From: Felis catus
Lineage: Eukaryota
NCBI RefSeq assembly: GCF_018350175.1
Contig: NC_058368.1
Span: 50,593,815-50,657,814, forward strand
Direction: 5' to 3'
DNA length: 64,000 nucleotides
A program made the position numbers and the translations under genes. Positions within the stretch are counted from its first letter, which is position 1. Each line of letters begins with the position of its first letter. Positions 63,232-64,000 of the stretch are shown here, piece by piece. The notes beneath the pieces are model-generated. The model was not told where the DNA came from, searched no databases, and saw only the letters and a list, made by a program, of their open reading frames with translations.

Positions 63232-64000
63232 GGGGAGGAGACAAGATGGCAGAATAGCATGGAAGTTTTTTGTGTGTCGCACATCCATGAAATACAGCCA
63301 GACCAACACTAAACCATCCTGCACACCTACAAAACTGATCTGAGGATTAACACAACAATCTGCACAACATGAAACACAGAATTAAGCAGGTACATGGTGT
63401 GGAGAGGTGAACTTGGGGAGAGAGAAGCCACGGAGGGGAGGGAGCCACTTTTGTGTGCAGAGTGAGGACGGAGATGAGGAGGGAGGCGGGTGGAGAATAC
63501 AGGAAATGCACCCCTCCCCAAAGGAGCTGGAGAGAAAGTGGAAAATTGGAAACAGCCACAGGGACTGAACTAAAAAGGGAGAAAGGAGAAACGAGACAGT
63601 TTAAATTCCATTAAGACTGTAAACAAGGGGGGCTCAGAGTCTGAAACTCTGCAGCTTGATACCTGGAGTTGCTCTGGTGGGAAGGGTGAATCTCCAGGAG
63701 CAGAGTGGGGTCTGGGAGGTTCTCAGGCCACACGGGAGAAGCGGTTCCACTGCTGGAAGGACATTAGGTGGAGGCTGTGAGGCCACCTGGTCCCAGCAGA
63801 CCCCAGAGAATGGCCACATTTGCTGGTGCTGGAACAAGGTTGTTGGGGGTAAAGCCTGGTGCCAGATGTGCGTTGTGATTTTCCATAATCCCTGAGGCAC
63901 TGCTGCTACACTGTCTTGTGAACTTTTTCTGGGGTGGGCTGGCACCTGGCCACAGTCTCTGGGCATCAGCAGCAGCATGGTCCCACAAGCGCTCATGGGT
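63232..64000 (+). mobile_element. L1 5'UTR/internal promoter (start of a probably full-length L1; continues beyond the window)
   Basis: Starts ggggaggagacAAGATGGC (YY1-type motif typical of L1 5' ends); abrupt rise in GC content. Confidence 0.75.

Noticed and set aside
1..64000. CRISPR arrays, operons or other prokaryotic systems
   Set aside because: The sequence is mammalian; recurrent motifs are dispersed SINEs, not repeat-spacer arrays.

Overview
AT-rich, CpG-depleted mammalian genomic DNA from a cat-lineage carnivore (Felidae), judged from about 30 tRNA-derived Can-SINE/SINEC_Fc copies and feline-type L1 sequences. I recognise no intact protein-coding gene, RNA gene or CpG island. Almost all listed ORFs come from SINEs, L1 or simple repeats, so the window looks intergenic or deep-intronic. 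It holds layered transposable-element fossils: MaLR/ERV LTRs, MIR/L2, MER5/MER58, old and young L1 (two twin-primed inverted insertions and one L1 5' end running off the window) and a Tigger-type MITE inside a carnivore-type L1. The best non-obvious signal is a heavily decayed hAT-Tip100-type transposase reading frame at about 58160-61600. It is collinear with the C-terminal region of ZMYM1 and is split by two SINEs and a young L1. Candidate regulatory elements (a palindromic UPRE/ERSE-II-like site, a TATA + short first exon, an orphan exon) are lower confidence. Repeat family names and the ZMYM1 comparison come from memory of the sequences, not from a search, and boundaries without target-site duplications (TSDs) are approximate.
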